Source: Octopus vulgaris (lineage: Eukaryota). From it: a stretch of DNA of 64,000 nt. Each line of letters starts with the position of its first letter. The stretch's first letter is position 1. A model generated the notes under the pieces. It was given only the letters and a program-made list of their open reading frames with translations. It was not told the origin of the DNA and searched no databases. A program made the translations under genes and the position numbers. Positions 1-12,774 of the stretch are shown here, in pieces. The stretch is from contig OX597834.1 of the NCBI GenBank assembly GCA_951406725.2, forward strand, positions 434,001 to 498,000. Direction: 5' to 3'.

Positions 1-370
1 TCTTTATATTTATTTATATCTGGTGGGATTTGGCAGAGGAGGAGGAGAAAAATTTGGTGTTGGGCATTGTTAATTCCTTACAAAGGAAAGAAGGTGAGGA
101 TGAGAGAGAGAGAGAGGCAGAGAGAGAGGGAAAGAGAAATTCAGGAAGGGAGTAATGAGATTTTCTAAAGAACTGTGTGGATCAAAAATCTAATTATCAA
201 TAAAGAAGCTATTTTGTAAAAGCGACATAATTCTTTATATATTGCCAAAAGGACTGGACATATACGGCTACTACTACTACTACTACTATTACTACTACTA
301 CTACTATGGAAATCGAATTTAGATATCATAAAAATCTTCAATCTGTGTGTGTGCATATATATATATATAT

Positions 371-2926
371 GATGGTGGAACAATGTAGTTGACAGGGTCA
401 TTAGGGAAAAGAAACAGGCTTGGAAGGACTGAAAGAATGGTGGTAGCAGGGAATTGTATCAGACTGCCAGAAGGGAAGCTAGAAGACAGGTTTATTTAGC
501 CAGAGGGGAAGCAGATAAGGAAAAATTTGCCAATGTTCTGCGTCGTGATGACCAAAGACTTGAGGTATTTTGTGTTGCAAGACAGTGTGTGAGAGAGAAT
601 CCTGATGTGGTAGGAGAGAAATGTGTCCACATGGATGATGGCTCACTTGCATTTAATGAGGCTGAAAAGAGAGAGACTTGGAGAAGCCACTATGAAAGGT
701 TGCGAAATGAAGAGAATGAATGGGAGAAAGAGAGTCTGTACAATGTCAACCCAACAGAAGGACCAGCTATCCGAGTTGACAGTACCTTGGTAGATAAAGC
801 AATTAAGAGTATGAAGACAAGGAAAGCCCCAGGTCCATCAGGAATTACTGCAGGGATGCTTAAAATATCTGGTAGTGTCGGCTATAGCCTAGTCACCTGT
901 ATAGTTAAGCAGGTGATACACAAAGGAGTCATACCCAATGATTGGTGTAGCAGCATAATAGTCAACTGCTACAAAGGTAAAGGTGACGCTTTAGATACAA
1001 ATAATTACAGAGGTATCAAGCTGTTGGATCAGGTAATGAAGGTCACGTAGAGGGTCATAGCACAACTAATTAGGGAGAGAGTCAGCTTGGATGAGATGCA
1101 GTTTGGTTTCGTGCCAGGGAAAAGCACCACTGATGCCATATTTCTGGTAAGACAGCTGCAGGAGAAATACCTAGCCAAAGATAAACCTCTGTACCTGGCT
1201 TTCGTTGACATGGAGAAAGCCTTTGACAGGGTCCCATGATCCCTTATCTGGCGGTTAATGAGGAAAGTAGGAATAAACGAATGGTTAGTGAGAGCTGTGC
1301 AAGCTATGTACAGGGACACTGTCAGTAAGATGAGGGTTAGCAATGAGTACAGTGAAGAATTCCAGGTAGAGGTAGGGGCCCACCAAGGTTCAGTCCTCAG
1401 CCCCCTCTTATTTATCATAGTCCTCCAGGCAATAACAGAGGAATTCAAGACAGGATGCTCCTGGGAGCTCCTCTGCGTTGACAATCTTGCTCTAATTGCT
1501 GAATCACTATCAGAACTGGAGGAGAAGTTTCAGGTGTGGAAGCAAGGATTAGAATCGAAGGGCCTTAGAGTCAATCTAGCTAAAACCAAAGTCCTAATAA
1601 GTAGGAAGGAAGGCAAAACAGAAATCCCTTCAGGTCGATGGCCCTGCTCGATCTGTAGAAAAGGCGTAGGTAGAAACTCTATAAGATGTACCCAGTGTAA
1701 GCTATGGACACATAAGGGGTGCAGCAATATCAAAGGAAGGCTAACTGGGAAGATAGTTTTTGTATGTGGCAGATGCTCAGGAGAAATAAACACTGAAAGT
1801 GCGCAGAGAACAACTTCCGCCACATTCCAAGGAGAAAAACTAGAAGTAGTTGATAGCTTCTGTTACCTAGGTGACCAAGTCAGTAGCGGGGGAGGGTGCG
1901 CTGAAAGTGTAGCTGCTAGAATAAGAGTAGTCTGGACAAAATTCAGAGAGCTCTTACCTCTGCTGGTGACAAAAGGCCCCTTGCTCAGAGTAAAAGGTAG
2001 ACTGTATGACACGTGTACGAACAGCCATGCTACATGGCAGTGAAACATGGGCTGTGACTGCTGAGGACATGCGTAAGCTTGCAAGGAATGAAGCCAGTAT
2101 GATCAGATGGATGTGTAATGTCAGTGTGCATATTCGACAGAGTGTAAGTACCTTGAGAGAAAATTTGGACCTAAGAAGCATCAGATGTGGTGTGCAAGAG
2201 AGATGACTGTGCTGGTATGGTCATGTGGTGAGAATGGATGTAGATAGCTGAGTGAAAATGTGCCACACCCTAGTGCTTAAGGGAATCTGTGGAAGAAGTA
2301 GACCCAGGAAAACCTGGGATGAGGTGGTGAAGCATGACCTTCAAACATTGGGCCTCACCGAGGCAATGACTAGTGACCGGGACCTTTGGAAATATGCTGT
2401 GCTTGAGAAGACACAGCAAGCCCAAGTGAGACCATAACCTCGTGGCCTATGCCAGGGGTGTAACCAGCCCACTTATGCATACCTTTCCTTCACTGGACAC
2501 TAAACTCGGCTTGCATAGACTTGTTGAGGCAAGTGAAATCGAAATTGAAATCAAATTCAATGATTGGCATCCATGCCAGTGGAGCACTAAGAGTACCATA
2601 CGAGTATGATCCTTGCCAGAGCAACAAACTGGTTTCTATGCTGGTGGCATGTAAAAAGCACCATTCGAGTGTGATTGTTGGGAAAAAACATTTGAGCGAG
2701 GTCGTTGCCAGTGCCGCTGGACTGGCTCCTGTGCAGGTAGCACATAAAAGCACCCACTACACTCTCAGAGTGGTTGGTGCTAGGAAGGGCATCCAGCTGT
2801 GGAAACTCTGCCAGATTAGATTGGAACCTGGTGCAGCCATCTGGTTTGCCAGACCTCAGTCAAATCGTCCAACCCATGCTAGCATGGAAAGCAGATGTTA
2901 AACGATGATGAGGATGATGATGATGA
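371..2926 (+). mobile_element. 5'-truncated, decayed RTE-clade LINE (RT with internal PHD finger, structured 3' UTR, (GAT)n tail)
   Basis: Broken ORFs 454-1050, 1258-2043, 2006-2206 and 2252-2437 give non-LTR RT motifs KAPGPSG, NYRGIKLL, QFGF.PG.ST, AFVDMEKAFD, HQGSVLSPLLF, a degenerate YADD (CVDN), FCYLG and the RTE C-terminal RPRKTW. Several stops and frameshifts. Ends GTTAAAC(GAT)n. Confidence 0.93.
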
Positions 2927-3034
2927 TATATATAAAACATGAATATTATACTGACAGTTACATTATTGAATTTACAAACACATATGCCTGCATATATACT
3001 TACATGCATAATGCATATATAAAATAATATATAT

Positions 3035-3556
3035 ATCTCTATATATATACAACTGAGAATGTGTGTCTGTCTGTCTGTTTGTCTGTCTGTGTGTTTCCCT
3101 AAAACTTGAGAACTACACAACCAATTTCATTCAAATTTTACACATGCCTTACTTAGGGTCCATGTAGTTTCATGGGCAAAAAAAAATGTTCAACTTCCTG
3201 CCTAGAGCGAGCCCATAGCAATATCATATCTTCTCCCCTATTTCAGTATTACGTGTTAAAAGTGAAACAAAAACATTTCTCTATTTTATGTCAGATGCTT
3301 TCACTTTAACAATAAAAATAATAATAACAATTGAATTATATGTAGTAAGTAATAATTAAAATCAAACTAAAGTATAATATAATCATAACATAACAAATGT
3401 AAAAATAGCAATTGGTATAAAATTGCATCAATGACTTGAACTTGAATAAGTGGTTTCACATGAATGGGTATAAATTAAAAATAAAATTAGCGTGCAGAAA
3501 TGGAATAGTCCAGATGGAGCTGTGCTTTTACATTAGATTATCTGCTAATTAGCTAG
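3035..3556 (+). mobile_element. Non-autonomous Helitron/Helentron-like repeat
   Basis: Begins ATCTCTATATATATACAACTG followed by (TGTC)n and AACCAATTTCATTCAAATTT, typical of non-autonomous rolling-circle elements. A related copy lies on the minus strand at ~36690-37020. 3' boundary approximate. Confidence 0.45.
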
Positions 3557-3917
3557 CATTAAGTATCTATATGAAGTTTGGCTGTATGTAATATCTGTTT
3601 TCTCAAACAGCTGGTTCTACTGAGTACTGCTGTTGGTTTATTTCTTATACATAAAGGACTAAAGCTTCAACTGCATCCTGCTTTCTGATTCATCGTAAGG
3701 TTTGTTGTTATTATTATTACTGTTTAACTATTGTTATCACGTTTGTTGGTCCCTCGTAAGGGCAACGTTGTTGTGTTGCATTTGTTAAATAATTGTAAAC
3801 TGTAACCCTCCCCCTTTGGGAGGAGGAGCTTTGGTTATTGTTCAAAAATTGAATTGTGTCCCTGTTTGGGGAAATTGACAATATTTTCACTGTTTACACG
3901 GAAGCATTTTTGTTAGA

Positions 3918-4454
3918 ATGCCTTCGACAGAAGAAAGTCCAAAAATGAATTTCGCTGTAGCCGTCGGTGGACACGAACTCATTGAAATTAAATTGGAAGA
4001 AATAGAAACTTATTTCGGATTGATCACCGACAAAGACGGGGAATCTAGGATAACACCACCAAACGAAATAAAAAATTAAATTAAAGAAAAGACTATTTTC
4101 TATAAAGTATTCAATGTAGAGAAAAAAAAAGATTTGAACACCTGGAGGAGGGCACCATCGAAAAGTGTATTGGTGCGACTATGAAATATATCTAAGTAGA
4201 GGCGGTAAATTCGCCACAATAGAAGCAAGGTTCGAGTCAACGGAGCGTGCAAGGGAGTACTCGACTCGAACCTTGCAAAGTCGAAATATTTTATTTTTAC
4301 CTTTATATCTGGGACGTAGGACGTCCCGGATAAAAATTTAAAATGTCCCCCCAGAAGCAGAGGTAGGCTGGATTGTAGCCACACTTCTATACAAGAGAGG
4401 GGACAAGATACAATTGATCGAAATTGCAAGAGACGGGCCTACAATTCCAGTCTG
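3918..4454 (+). mobile_element. Decayed ORF1 fragment of an L1/Tx1-like LINE
   Basis: Manual translation from ATG 3918: MPSTEESPKMNFAVAV...; after a stop and frameshift RGGKFATIEARFESTERAREY...LPLYLGRRTSRIKI*NVPPEAEVGWIV, resembling the RRM-like ORF1 of Tx1/L1 elements. CpG-rich relative to the flanks. Confidence 0.45.
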
Positions 4455-4801
4455 TTATATATTTTGAGTATTGTTATCACTAACGATATCAAGATATAAC
4501 TTTGTATTTTGTATTTTATGTGTAGATATATATATGTAGATGTACATGTAATATGTACACATATATATACACATATATACATGCACTAGCACTATGACCT
4601 GGCAACGACGGGTCATAATGTTAGTATATATATATATATTTGTGTGTATATAGAAGAAGAAAAATACTGAGTGCTCCATTTCTTGTCCGGCTGCAATCAT
4701 CAGCTTGGTGCTGTGCTTTGCCAAGATTTCGGCCCATTATGCTCAGTATCTCTCCATACGGTGGGTCCACAACAGCTGGACGTACTGCATTGCAACTGGA
4801 C

Positions 4802-5045
4802 TCATGCTAGTTCTGTGGTCTTATATGCTTCCTCAAACCTCCTGGTCATCCAAGCACTCCCCTCAACTGCTTTCTTCCAACATTCCTTGATGATCCACCT
4901 TGCAGCAGATACACCAGCCACCTTCAGAAACCTTCTGAGAGAAGCTGCTGGGAAAGCCCAGCAGCCAACCTTGAACGCAACCAGCTCACAGATGTAACCC
5001 TTCTCCCGAATCTCTACTACCAGATATTACTGCCGAACCTATCCG
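4802..5045 (-). mobile_element. 3' fragment of an RLE-type non-LTR retrotransposon (Hero/NeSL-like)
   Basis: Minus-strand translation YLVVEIREKGYICELVAFKVGCWAFPAASLRRFLKVAGVSAARWIIKECWKKAVEGSAWM matches the C-terminal 'EVGCRGF...SL..FL...S.WIW' pattern of restriction-like endonuclease domains. Confidence 0.6.
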
Positions 5046-5059
5046 CATTGGATGGAGAC

Positions 5060-5447
5060 AGATAATCAACAAGGCGGGGGCAAGGAAATGGTGTGGTGTG
5101 GGGTTTGGCACAATCAAGTAATTGGACCATTTTATTTTGTGGGCTCTGTGATAGGTGGTTCATATCTGGACATACTTGGCAACAAGATGATGCCTCACAT
5201 GCATTCCCGTGGAAGGGGAACTCCTGCCTGGTTTCAGCAGGATGGTACTCTGCCCCATCATGCAATATAGGCTTATGGTTTTCTGAATTCACATTTTTCG
5301 GGGAGATGGCTTGGGCACCACAGGCCAATTGAATGTTTAGAGCTACAAGGACAACACTTGAAACATTTGTAACGGATTACCTACTTCATTGCTAATGAAG
5401 CATATTTACTCTCTCTCTCATGGTGCATGACTTTGTAACCAGCCTGT
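5060..5447 (+). mobile_element. Tc1/mariner-superfamily transposase remnant (3' part)
   Basis: ORF 5052-5270: MVWCGVWHNQVIGPFYF...SYLDIL...WFQQDGTLPH, the classic VW.G..GP.F / FQQDGA.PH catalytic-domain motifs. Ends in a TIR-like ...ACCAGCCTGT before TA repeats. Confidence 0.8.
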
Positions 5448-6484
5448 GTATATATCATCATCATCATCATTATCATCGTTTAATGTCCGCTTTCAATGCT
5501 AGCATGGGTTGATGGACGGAGATTAAACAGCCAGACAGATACATACACATCTATTTACAGATTTGCATATGCATACTTACGTATGATATATATAGGATGG
5601 GTGCATATATATATATATTTCACCATTAAACATCAATGAGAAAATAGAAAGACTGTTGTGCACAAATGAAATCCCTTGTGATATATTTTCTGCACTGAAC
5701 TGTAAACACTCCCTTTGTCATTGTCACCATCGTAAATGTCTGTAACCTTGGAAATCATTGTATGCCAGTTGTGTTTATATATAAAAACAAGACAATTAGT
5801 TGAGGTTTAAAGCAATTACTTGAAGATTAATTATATTCTATAAAGTATATGGTGCATCTATTTCCTGAAGTTATCAATAATGAGATATCAATGAGATTCA
5901 ATCAATACATCCAATGGATATTAGTGATATCATGGGATACAGTATAATGTTGTTCTTGTTCTTGTTACTGACCATCCCTTATAAATCCATTTACTCTGCC
6001 TATATTTTGAAGGATCTGAGATGGATTTGAACATAGCTCGTAAAGGAATGTAACTGAATACCAAACAACGTTTTTCTCATTACCCAACTGATTCTGTTAA
6101 GCTACACTATTTGATCCCAGGATGGTATTAAAGACATTCCAGCCATAAACATCCTGCTATATTTCTTTTTAGACAGTGGATCTAACACTGCATTAGCTGA
6201 TGTTTACTATCTTTTTCATGATGGTGTCATCTGAGGGAGATTTTGCTGCTATTTTTTGCTGGTTTAAGAACCACATAAAAGTTATTATTTTTGTTGTTTG
6301 ACCCAAAGGTTAGAGTTTGCTTCTGTTTTGTTGTTACCAGTGATTAGTTCCAGAGAAAAAGAGTAAATCTGTTACCCAAAGAGATGCAGGACTCTGTGCA
6401 TTGATATCATCATAATCTACACTCTGCTGATAATTGGAGCAACATATTTGCACACACACACACACACATCACTTTTTAAAGTTA

Positions 6485-6864
6485 TCTCTCCAGATTTCCG
6501 ATAGAAACTTGAAGGAGCACTGAAAGTTACGTTTTATATACGAATATATTTATGTAAAGAATGCGACTGAAGATAATAAAATAGTTAATGTAGATATTAG
6601 TTATCAGGAATATGTTTAATATGAAAAAGCAGTGTGTCCAATTGAGTTACACAACTAAATTTGGTGGCTCTTAAAGCAGTGTGTTCATGGATGGTCAATA
6701 ATGGGTTGGATGTAGAGCTGAGGAAAGTGCAATGACACCTGAAATATGTATATACACCCATCACCTACTTTTCTATCTTTAGTTGCATTGTTTACATGGA
6801 GGTATTCATATACGAAACGTCGGCACTTTCAGTGATGGCTCTAGTTTCTATCTCTGGAGGGAGA
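6485..6864. repeat. Imperfect foldback (arms ~6485-6575 and ~6774-6864)
   Basis: CTCCAGA..GATAGAAACT..CACTGAAAGT..ACGTTT..AATGCGACTGAAGATA is mirrored by TATCTTTAGTTGCATT..GAAACGT..ACTTTCAGTG..AGTTTCTATC.TCTGGAG. Confidence 0.7.
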
Positions 6865-7581
6865 CAGTTTAGAAAGGGATTGAATAGTGTTGCTAAGAGG
6901 TGGGATGCACTATTGACTTATAAACCTTGAATATATACTTGATACTATGTTATAGTTGCACAACAAGATGTGATGTCCATACCAACATTTTATATATATA
7001 TATATATATAAACTTACACACACGCACATAAATATATACATGTGTGTGTGTGTGTGTCTGCGTGCATGCATACGTGTATGTATTATGTAGAGACTCTCTG
7101 ATAATCTATGCACTACCTACCGTCAGTTTGTACACGCCTATCCATCACTCCAGATCCATCACTCTTTAGTCTTTTTGTTGACTTACGATGAACAATGCAT
7201 CATACATTCTGTTAGTTGTTTGTAATGTCTTCTTTGCGTCTGATTCTGTGTTTCAAAACGAGTCCTGTCGTGGGCTGCTGCTCCAGACAGGAAAACTTGT
7301 AAAGCACGAGTCATGCAAAGTGTCATTGGCAGGTGTTTGTTGCTTTAAGAAGGCTGGGAGTCATCAGTATGAGTCAATTCAAAGTAATTCAAGACTCATA
7401 CCTGATTTTATTGATCCTGAATGACACCAGACAAAGTTGACCAGAATAGGATTTGAACACACTGTGTAGAGATCTAGAACAAATAGTGCTCTGCATTTTG
7501 TCCGATGCTCTACTGAACATTCTTGCTAAATCACTTTTGCCATTATTTCTTTCCATCAAGTCACAGTTTACTTCATCCAAC

Positions 7582-7648
7582 CTGCGTAAAACATTGAAAA
7601 TTGTGTTGCCAATAGCAACAGTAGTAATAGCGCCAAGAAATTTGTTTG
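7582..7648 (-). CDS. Candidate internal coding exon (NKFLGAITTVAIGNTIFNVLR)
   Basis: Acceptor ttattttgcag and donor CAG|gttgga. Open frame, phase 1 start compatible with the candidate exon at 10541-10669. Non-repetitive sequence; no family recognised. Confidence 0.3.
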
Positions 7649-8385
7649 CTGCAAAATAATTGTGAGGTAACCATAGCAACAATTCATAATATTAGATGAG
7701 GATAATCTAGCTTTATTCCAGTTCTTTGATGTTGGATTCCAGATTAAATTGTTGTCCTTGCCAGTGAAGGACTCAGGCTAAATTTAAATTTTCTCTCACA
7801 AGTTTCAGTTGGAAAAAAAATAGTTGTTGCAGGAGACAAAGAGAATGCCAGGGAGTTGAAGGACTTGTTTAAGGTTGGCATCAATTAATTAGAATCTGTA
7901 ATTTAGGGAGGCAGAAGGGAAATGACCATAGACCCCCACCTGCTCACACATCTTTCAGCCTCCACCACCCCCGTCCCTTTTTTTATCACCACCATCCTCT
8001 TCCTTCCTCAGTCATCCCTTCCCTTCATAAACCCCTGCAACTAACACAAATCTTTAACTGAATAAATCAAATTGGTCAAACAGAATTAGTAAACAACAAG
8101 GGAAACTGAACATGAAAGCCTCACACACACACATCCTAACATGCAAACACCTTAACCTACACACTCACATGATAACACACACACACACACACTCACATCT
8201 TAGCACACACACACACACACTCACATCTTAACACACACATCTAGAAGCTTAGATGTCAAATAAAAGCCAGCAAGACTTGGTCTGTGTCCCCTGCTTTCCC
8301 TAACTGAGCAGTGATGAGCAGACATAGGGACCATCATGGCTCCCATCCTTGATCCAGTGTTACATCAGGGATGTGACAGGCAGAA

Positions 8386-8435
<50 letters not shown>

Positions 8436-8809
8436 GGAGAGACGGGGGTGCTGGTGCTGGTTGATACTTAATTATAGTGGAGTAGCCTGATGCAACATGA
8501 AATGGAGAGCCTTGCTCAAGGACACAATGTGTTACAGGGTCCCAAAACCCATGGCAGTACGATCAGAAACCCAATATGCTGACCACTTGCCATATGCCTT
8601 CATTTATGTCTGTATGTATGCAACTGTTGGGGGTGAGTGTATATATGTACTTGGTGGTGTACGTATATGTGTGTTTGATGGTCTGTATGTGTGTATTTGA
8701 TGATGTGTTTATGTGTGCTTGTTGAAGAGCGCGTGAATGTGTTTGTTGAGGAATGTATGTGTGCATGTGCATACACCCATACATCCATCCACACACACAC
8801 ACACACTTA

Positions 8810-9263
8810 AAGTGGATGGAAATTGTGTGAGCGGGAGACTCAGGAAGACGTTGGACAAAGTACTGAAGGCCAGTCTCTGGACACTGAACTTAAGATGATA
8901 AAGAACTGGGATACCCGGTGCCTTGCTGTTCTCCAAAATACTTGTCCACTGCAGCAGAATTGCTAATGCTCCTCTTCCAGCTGACATGGCTTTTGCCTTG
9001 CAAGTGTCCTATGCTGGTGCCACATAAAAATTAACCATGCCAGCACCATGTGCCACATAAGAAGCACCTGTGTTGGTGCCACATAAGATACCCTCTTCAC
9101 TCTGCCACATAAAATGCATCCAGTTCACTCGATAAAGTCGCTGGCGTTGGGAAGGACATCCAGCCATAGAAACCATGTGAACATGGTTCAACTCTGCATC
9201 TTCTCTGCTCTGGTCAAAACCATGCCAATATGGAAAATTGGCATTAAACAATGATGATGATGA

Positions 9264-9267
<4 letters not shown>
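8810..9267 (+). mobile_element. Old 3' fragment of the RTE family
   Basis: RLRKTLDKVLK-like C-terminus, repeated GTGCCACATAAAA units, GAAGGACATCCAGC motif and (GAT)n tail shared with 2440-2926. Confidence 0.65.
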
Positions 9268-9306
<39 letters not shown>

Positions 9307-9394
9307 TATGTAGGTCCCGGGTTGAGTCGGGGTTAACCACAGTAAATAAGGTACTCAATACATAGCAGAGTAAATTAATTTATTATATAGAAGG

Positions 9395-9445
9395 AGCTTC
9401 TACAGGACTAGAACTGTTTCATTCAAATGAAATCATCAGGAAGCT
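9395..9445 (-). ncRNA. Type I hammerhead ribozyme fold (minus-strand mirror copy)
   Basis: Reverse complement of the plus-strand HHR, with 1 difference in loop II, inside palindrome 9378-9509. Confidence 0.75.
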
Positions 9446-9492
9446 TCCTGATGATTTCTTTTGAATGAAACAGTTCTAGTCCTGTAGAAGCT
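9442..9492 (+). ncRNA. Type I hammerhead ribozyme fold (plus-strand copy in palindrome)
   Basis: Stem I AGCTTC/GAAGCT, core CTGATGA (9448-54), short stem II TTC/GAA, GAAA (9467-70), stem III ACAG/CTGT, cleavage triplet GTA (9484-86). Confidence 0.75.
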
Positions 9493-9503
9493 CCTTCTAT
9501 ATA

Positions 9504-9548
<45 letters not shown>

Positions 9549-10166
9549 TCACATCCCTGGTGGGTGTGGTAGATATGCTCTAACATGTCTACCACACCCA
9601 GCCATTCCATTTTCTCTCACTATGGCTTGCAACAGCCATCTTCTTATCTCTAAACTTCTATCTTTACATTCTTATGGACTATTCCTCTTAATTGCTTCTG
9701 TACCACATTGTTCCCTGTAGATAGGCCCCAATATATCTTCAAAAGCATTTACCTTTCTCTCTCTCTCTCTCTCTCCTTGACTGTCTCTCTGTCTTTCTAA
9801 CTCTCTCCTTGACTGTCTCTCTGTCTTTCTAACTCTCTCTCTCTCTCTATCTCTCTCCTGACTTTCTTTCCCTACAGGTGTAGCTAAGCATCCCCTCCAT
9901 AGTAAGGCAACTATCTCTGTCCCTTTATTAAACTCTAAACTCTCACCTGGCCCACAGTCACTTCCCTAATTCCACTCCTTCTCCTCTCAGTCGAGAGGTC
10001 TTCATCTGGAAAGCTACTTGGCAACCTTGCTGGTGCTGGCGCCACATAATAAGCACCCAGTCCACTTCTGTAAAGTGGTTGGCATCAGGAAGGACATCCA
10101 GCCATTGAAACCATGACAAAACAGACAAATGGAGCCTGGTCCAATCCATGCCAGCAGGGAGAAAGA

Positions 10167-10197
<31 letters not shown>

Positions 10198-10540
10198 CAC
10201 ACCCACCTTGACATATTTAATCAGAATATTAATCAGAATATCTAAAATTGCTCAACAGTGAACAATGAAAATGCAAGGCACTCAAGTCCCTGTCAAATCA
10301 TCAAATTAAGGCCTAAATGAGATTTCAGAATATACTTAAATGAGTATTTTTGTAACAATAATACAGTTTGTGGTCCTAAACGTTCCTGTTGTTGATGTGC
10401 ATGACTTTAATTGGTTCTGTGATGTTCAGTAGTAATAAGTGGGAGTGCTGTCGACTGACAGAGCGTTGCAATGTAAATGCCTCAAGGGTGAGAAGCAAGA
10501 ATCAATAACTATTTGTTGATTGTCATTTGATCAAACAAAC

Positions 10541-10669
10541 CTTTTGGCTTGAATAACGACAAATGTAGTTTCCATGGGTCCCTTGCGGGTTGTTTTGCAT
10601 GATTAATAGAAATAGATTTAGCCTTGAGCATTGCAGACATTGTCCACTGTGGGACAGAAATGGTGAAAC
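10541..10669 (-). CDS. Candidate internal coding exon (GFTISVPQWTMSAMLKAKSISINHAKQPARDPWKLHLSLFKPK)
   Basis: Acceptor tttaactcccag and donor AAG|gtttgt. 129 nt, open, phase 1-1. Joins in frame with candidates 13338-13397 and 7582-7648. Confidence 0.33.
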
Positions 10670-10790
10670 CTGGGAGTTAAATTTAATGTGAAACAGACTT
10701 TCAACATAGGCCAGGCTTGTAAAGAATGTATGTATATATATAGAGAGATATGCACACACACATACAGAAAAATATACATACATGTTTATT

Positions 10791-10836
<46 letters not shown>

Positions 10837-10968
10837 TGAGAGAGAGAGAGAGAGAGAAGGAATAAAAGAGACTAAAAGACAGAGTTGTGTGAGAGGAAGA
10901 GAGAAAATGAGATAAAAAGATAGCCACACAGAGTGAGAGGGAGAGACAGACAAAGAGCAATGTATGAA

Positions 10969-11009
<41 letters not shown>

Positions 11010-11074
11010 CAGACAGACAGACAGATAGAGAGGGTATTCATATGATAGATATGATAGATAGAGAGGGTATTCCA

Positions 11075-11305
11075 GGGCGGCGAGCTGGCAGAACCGTTAG
11101 CACGTCGGGCGAAATGCTTAGCGGTATTTCGTCTGCCGTTACGTTGTGAGTTCAAATTCCGCCGAGGTCGACTTTGCCTTTCATCCTTTCGGGGTCGATA
11201 AATTAAGTACCAGTTGTGCACTGGGGTCGATGTAATCGACTTAATACCTATGTCTGTCCTTGTTTGTCCCCTCTATGTTTAGCCCCTTGTGGGTAATAAA
11301 GAAAT
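11075..11305 (+). mobile_element. tRNA-derived SINE, family A (Nin/Deu-like central domain); well-preserved copy
   Basis: Head GGCGGCGAGCTGGCAGAA with B-box GAGTTCAAATTCC; core GCCTTTCATCCTTTCGGGGTCGATAAATTAAGTACCAG. Other copies at ~7390-7520(-), 16215-16360(-), 25930-26080(+), 29480-29670(-), 30010-30180(-), 31855-32070(+), 43435-43635(-), 56280-56420(-). Confidence 0.85.
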
Positions 11306-12681
11306 AGGTATTCATATGAAATGAAGGCAGAGAGAACAGAAACACAGTTTGTAAAACATCTCAATTAACTGGCACTTAAACTAAAGCAAAAGTTTCCAGA
11401 GAGCCTTGGTTGTTTCTACTGAGTCAGATCCCAATTGAATGAAATCGCTGGACTCAACAAGCATCCATCCATCCATTGAAGTGTGTGTGTGTGTGTGGAT
11501 GGATCCCACATGGCCGTTTGCTGGGGATGATTCATGTAGGAATAAGAAATGCAATGCCAATAAATTCATCTCCAAGTAGATCCACCATTTATTCAAGACA
11601 GCTGGAGAGAAGATGAAGGGGACGGAGGGATGAAGCTCTCCTCAAAGCAGAAATCTGGTCGAAATACTTACAATGGAGGAGATGCTTCTAAGCACTGGCA
11701 AGATTCAGCTGCTCCCCAAATCAGAAACTCCTGACCTACCACAAAACATCCTGCCCGGTGGTACTCTGAGGATTCTCTCTCATCACTGATACATTTCATT
11801 TCATAAATCATTAACAAAATGAAAGGTAAAGTTTACCTTGGCAGGGCTGGCACTTAGGTATTTAGTGTCCCCTTCTCTCAGTTGGGTTGGTTTGGAGAAA
11901 ACAGCTAAGAACAGCAGCTTGTGCACGCGCGTGTGTGTGTGCATGTGTGTGTGTGTGTGTGTGTGTGTGTAGTAGTAGTGTCTATCTATCTATACTATCA
12001 TCACCATTTTAATGTCCTTTTTTTCCATATTTGCATGGGTCAAATGGAATTTGTGAAGGCAGATTGGTTGTATAACCGGATGCCTTTCCTCTCCTCAGCC
12101 TCCACCTGTTTGCATGTGAGGAAATAATGGCTAGACATGTTTGCCCAGAAGTCAGTGGTGATTCCATTTTCTACAAAACCATTTTACAAACAAAACCAAT
12201 TCTTCATAGAGAAATAGGGATTCCAATAATTTTCAGGTGAAGAAAAATATTTTATTACCAAATTTTTACTTTTTGTTTGCTTGTGTTTTTGAGAATACGT
12301 TTTTAGATAAAGAAATGTTCTCAAACGAGTAAAGAATTTGAGTAATGAGCCCTTAGTTGTTCTGTTGTGTGGTGTCAGCTCTGGAGAGCAGGAATAAATA
12401 AGGGGTTCAAATTTAGGCAGAAGGGCAGCAAGTCTAAAGGGAAATTTAGGAAGAAGGGAGCAAGTCATTACATTGCCTCCATTCTGTTCGACTGGTACTT
12501 CTTTTACCAATCCCAACAAGGGTTGAAAAGGGTTGAAAAGAATTTTTTGTATTTTGGTTTTTCATATCATGTGTGTTTGAAAAACTACTGAAAGTGCTTA
12601 CACACAATACTAAATCTATTTTCCATAAGGTTTGTGTTGTTTTGCCTTTCGGTTATTTTTTTAATATTATTGATAAGTTTA

Positions 12682-12774
<93 letters not shown>

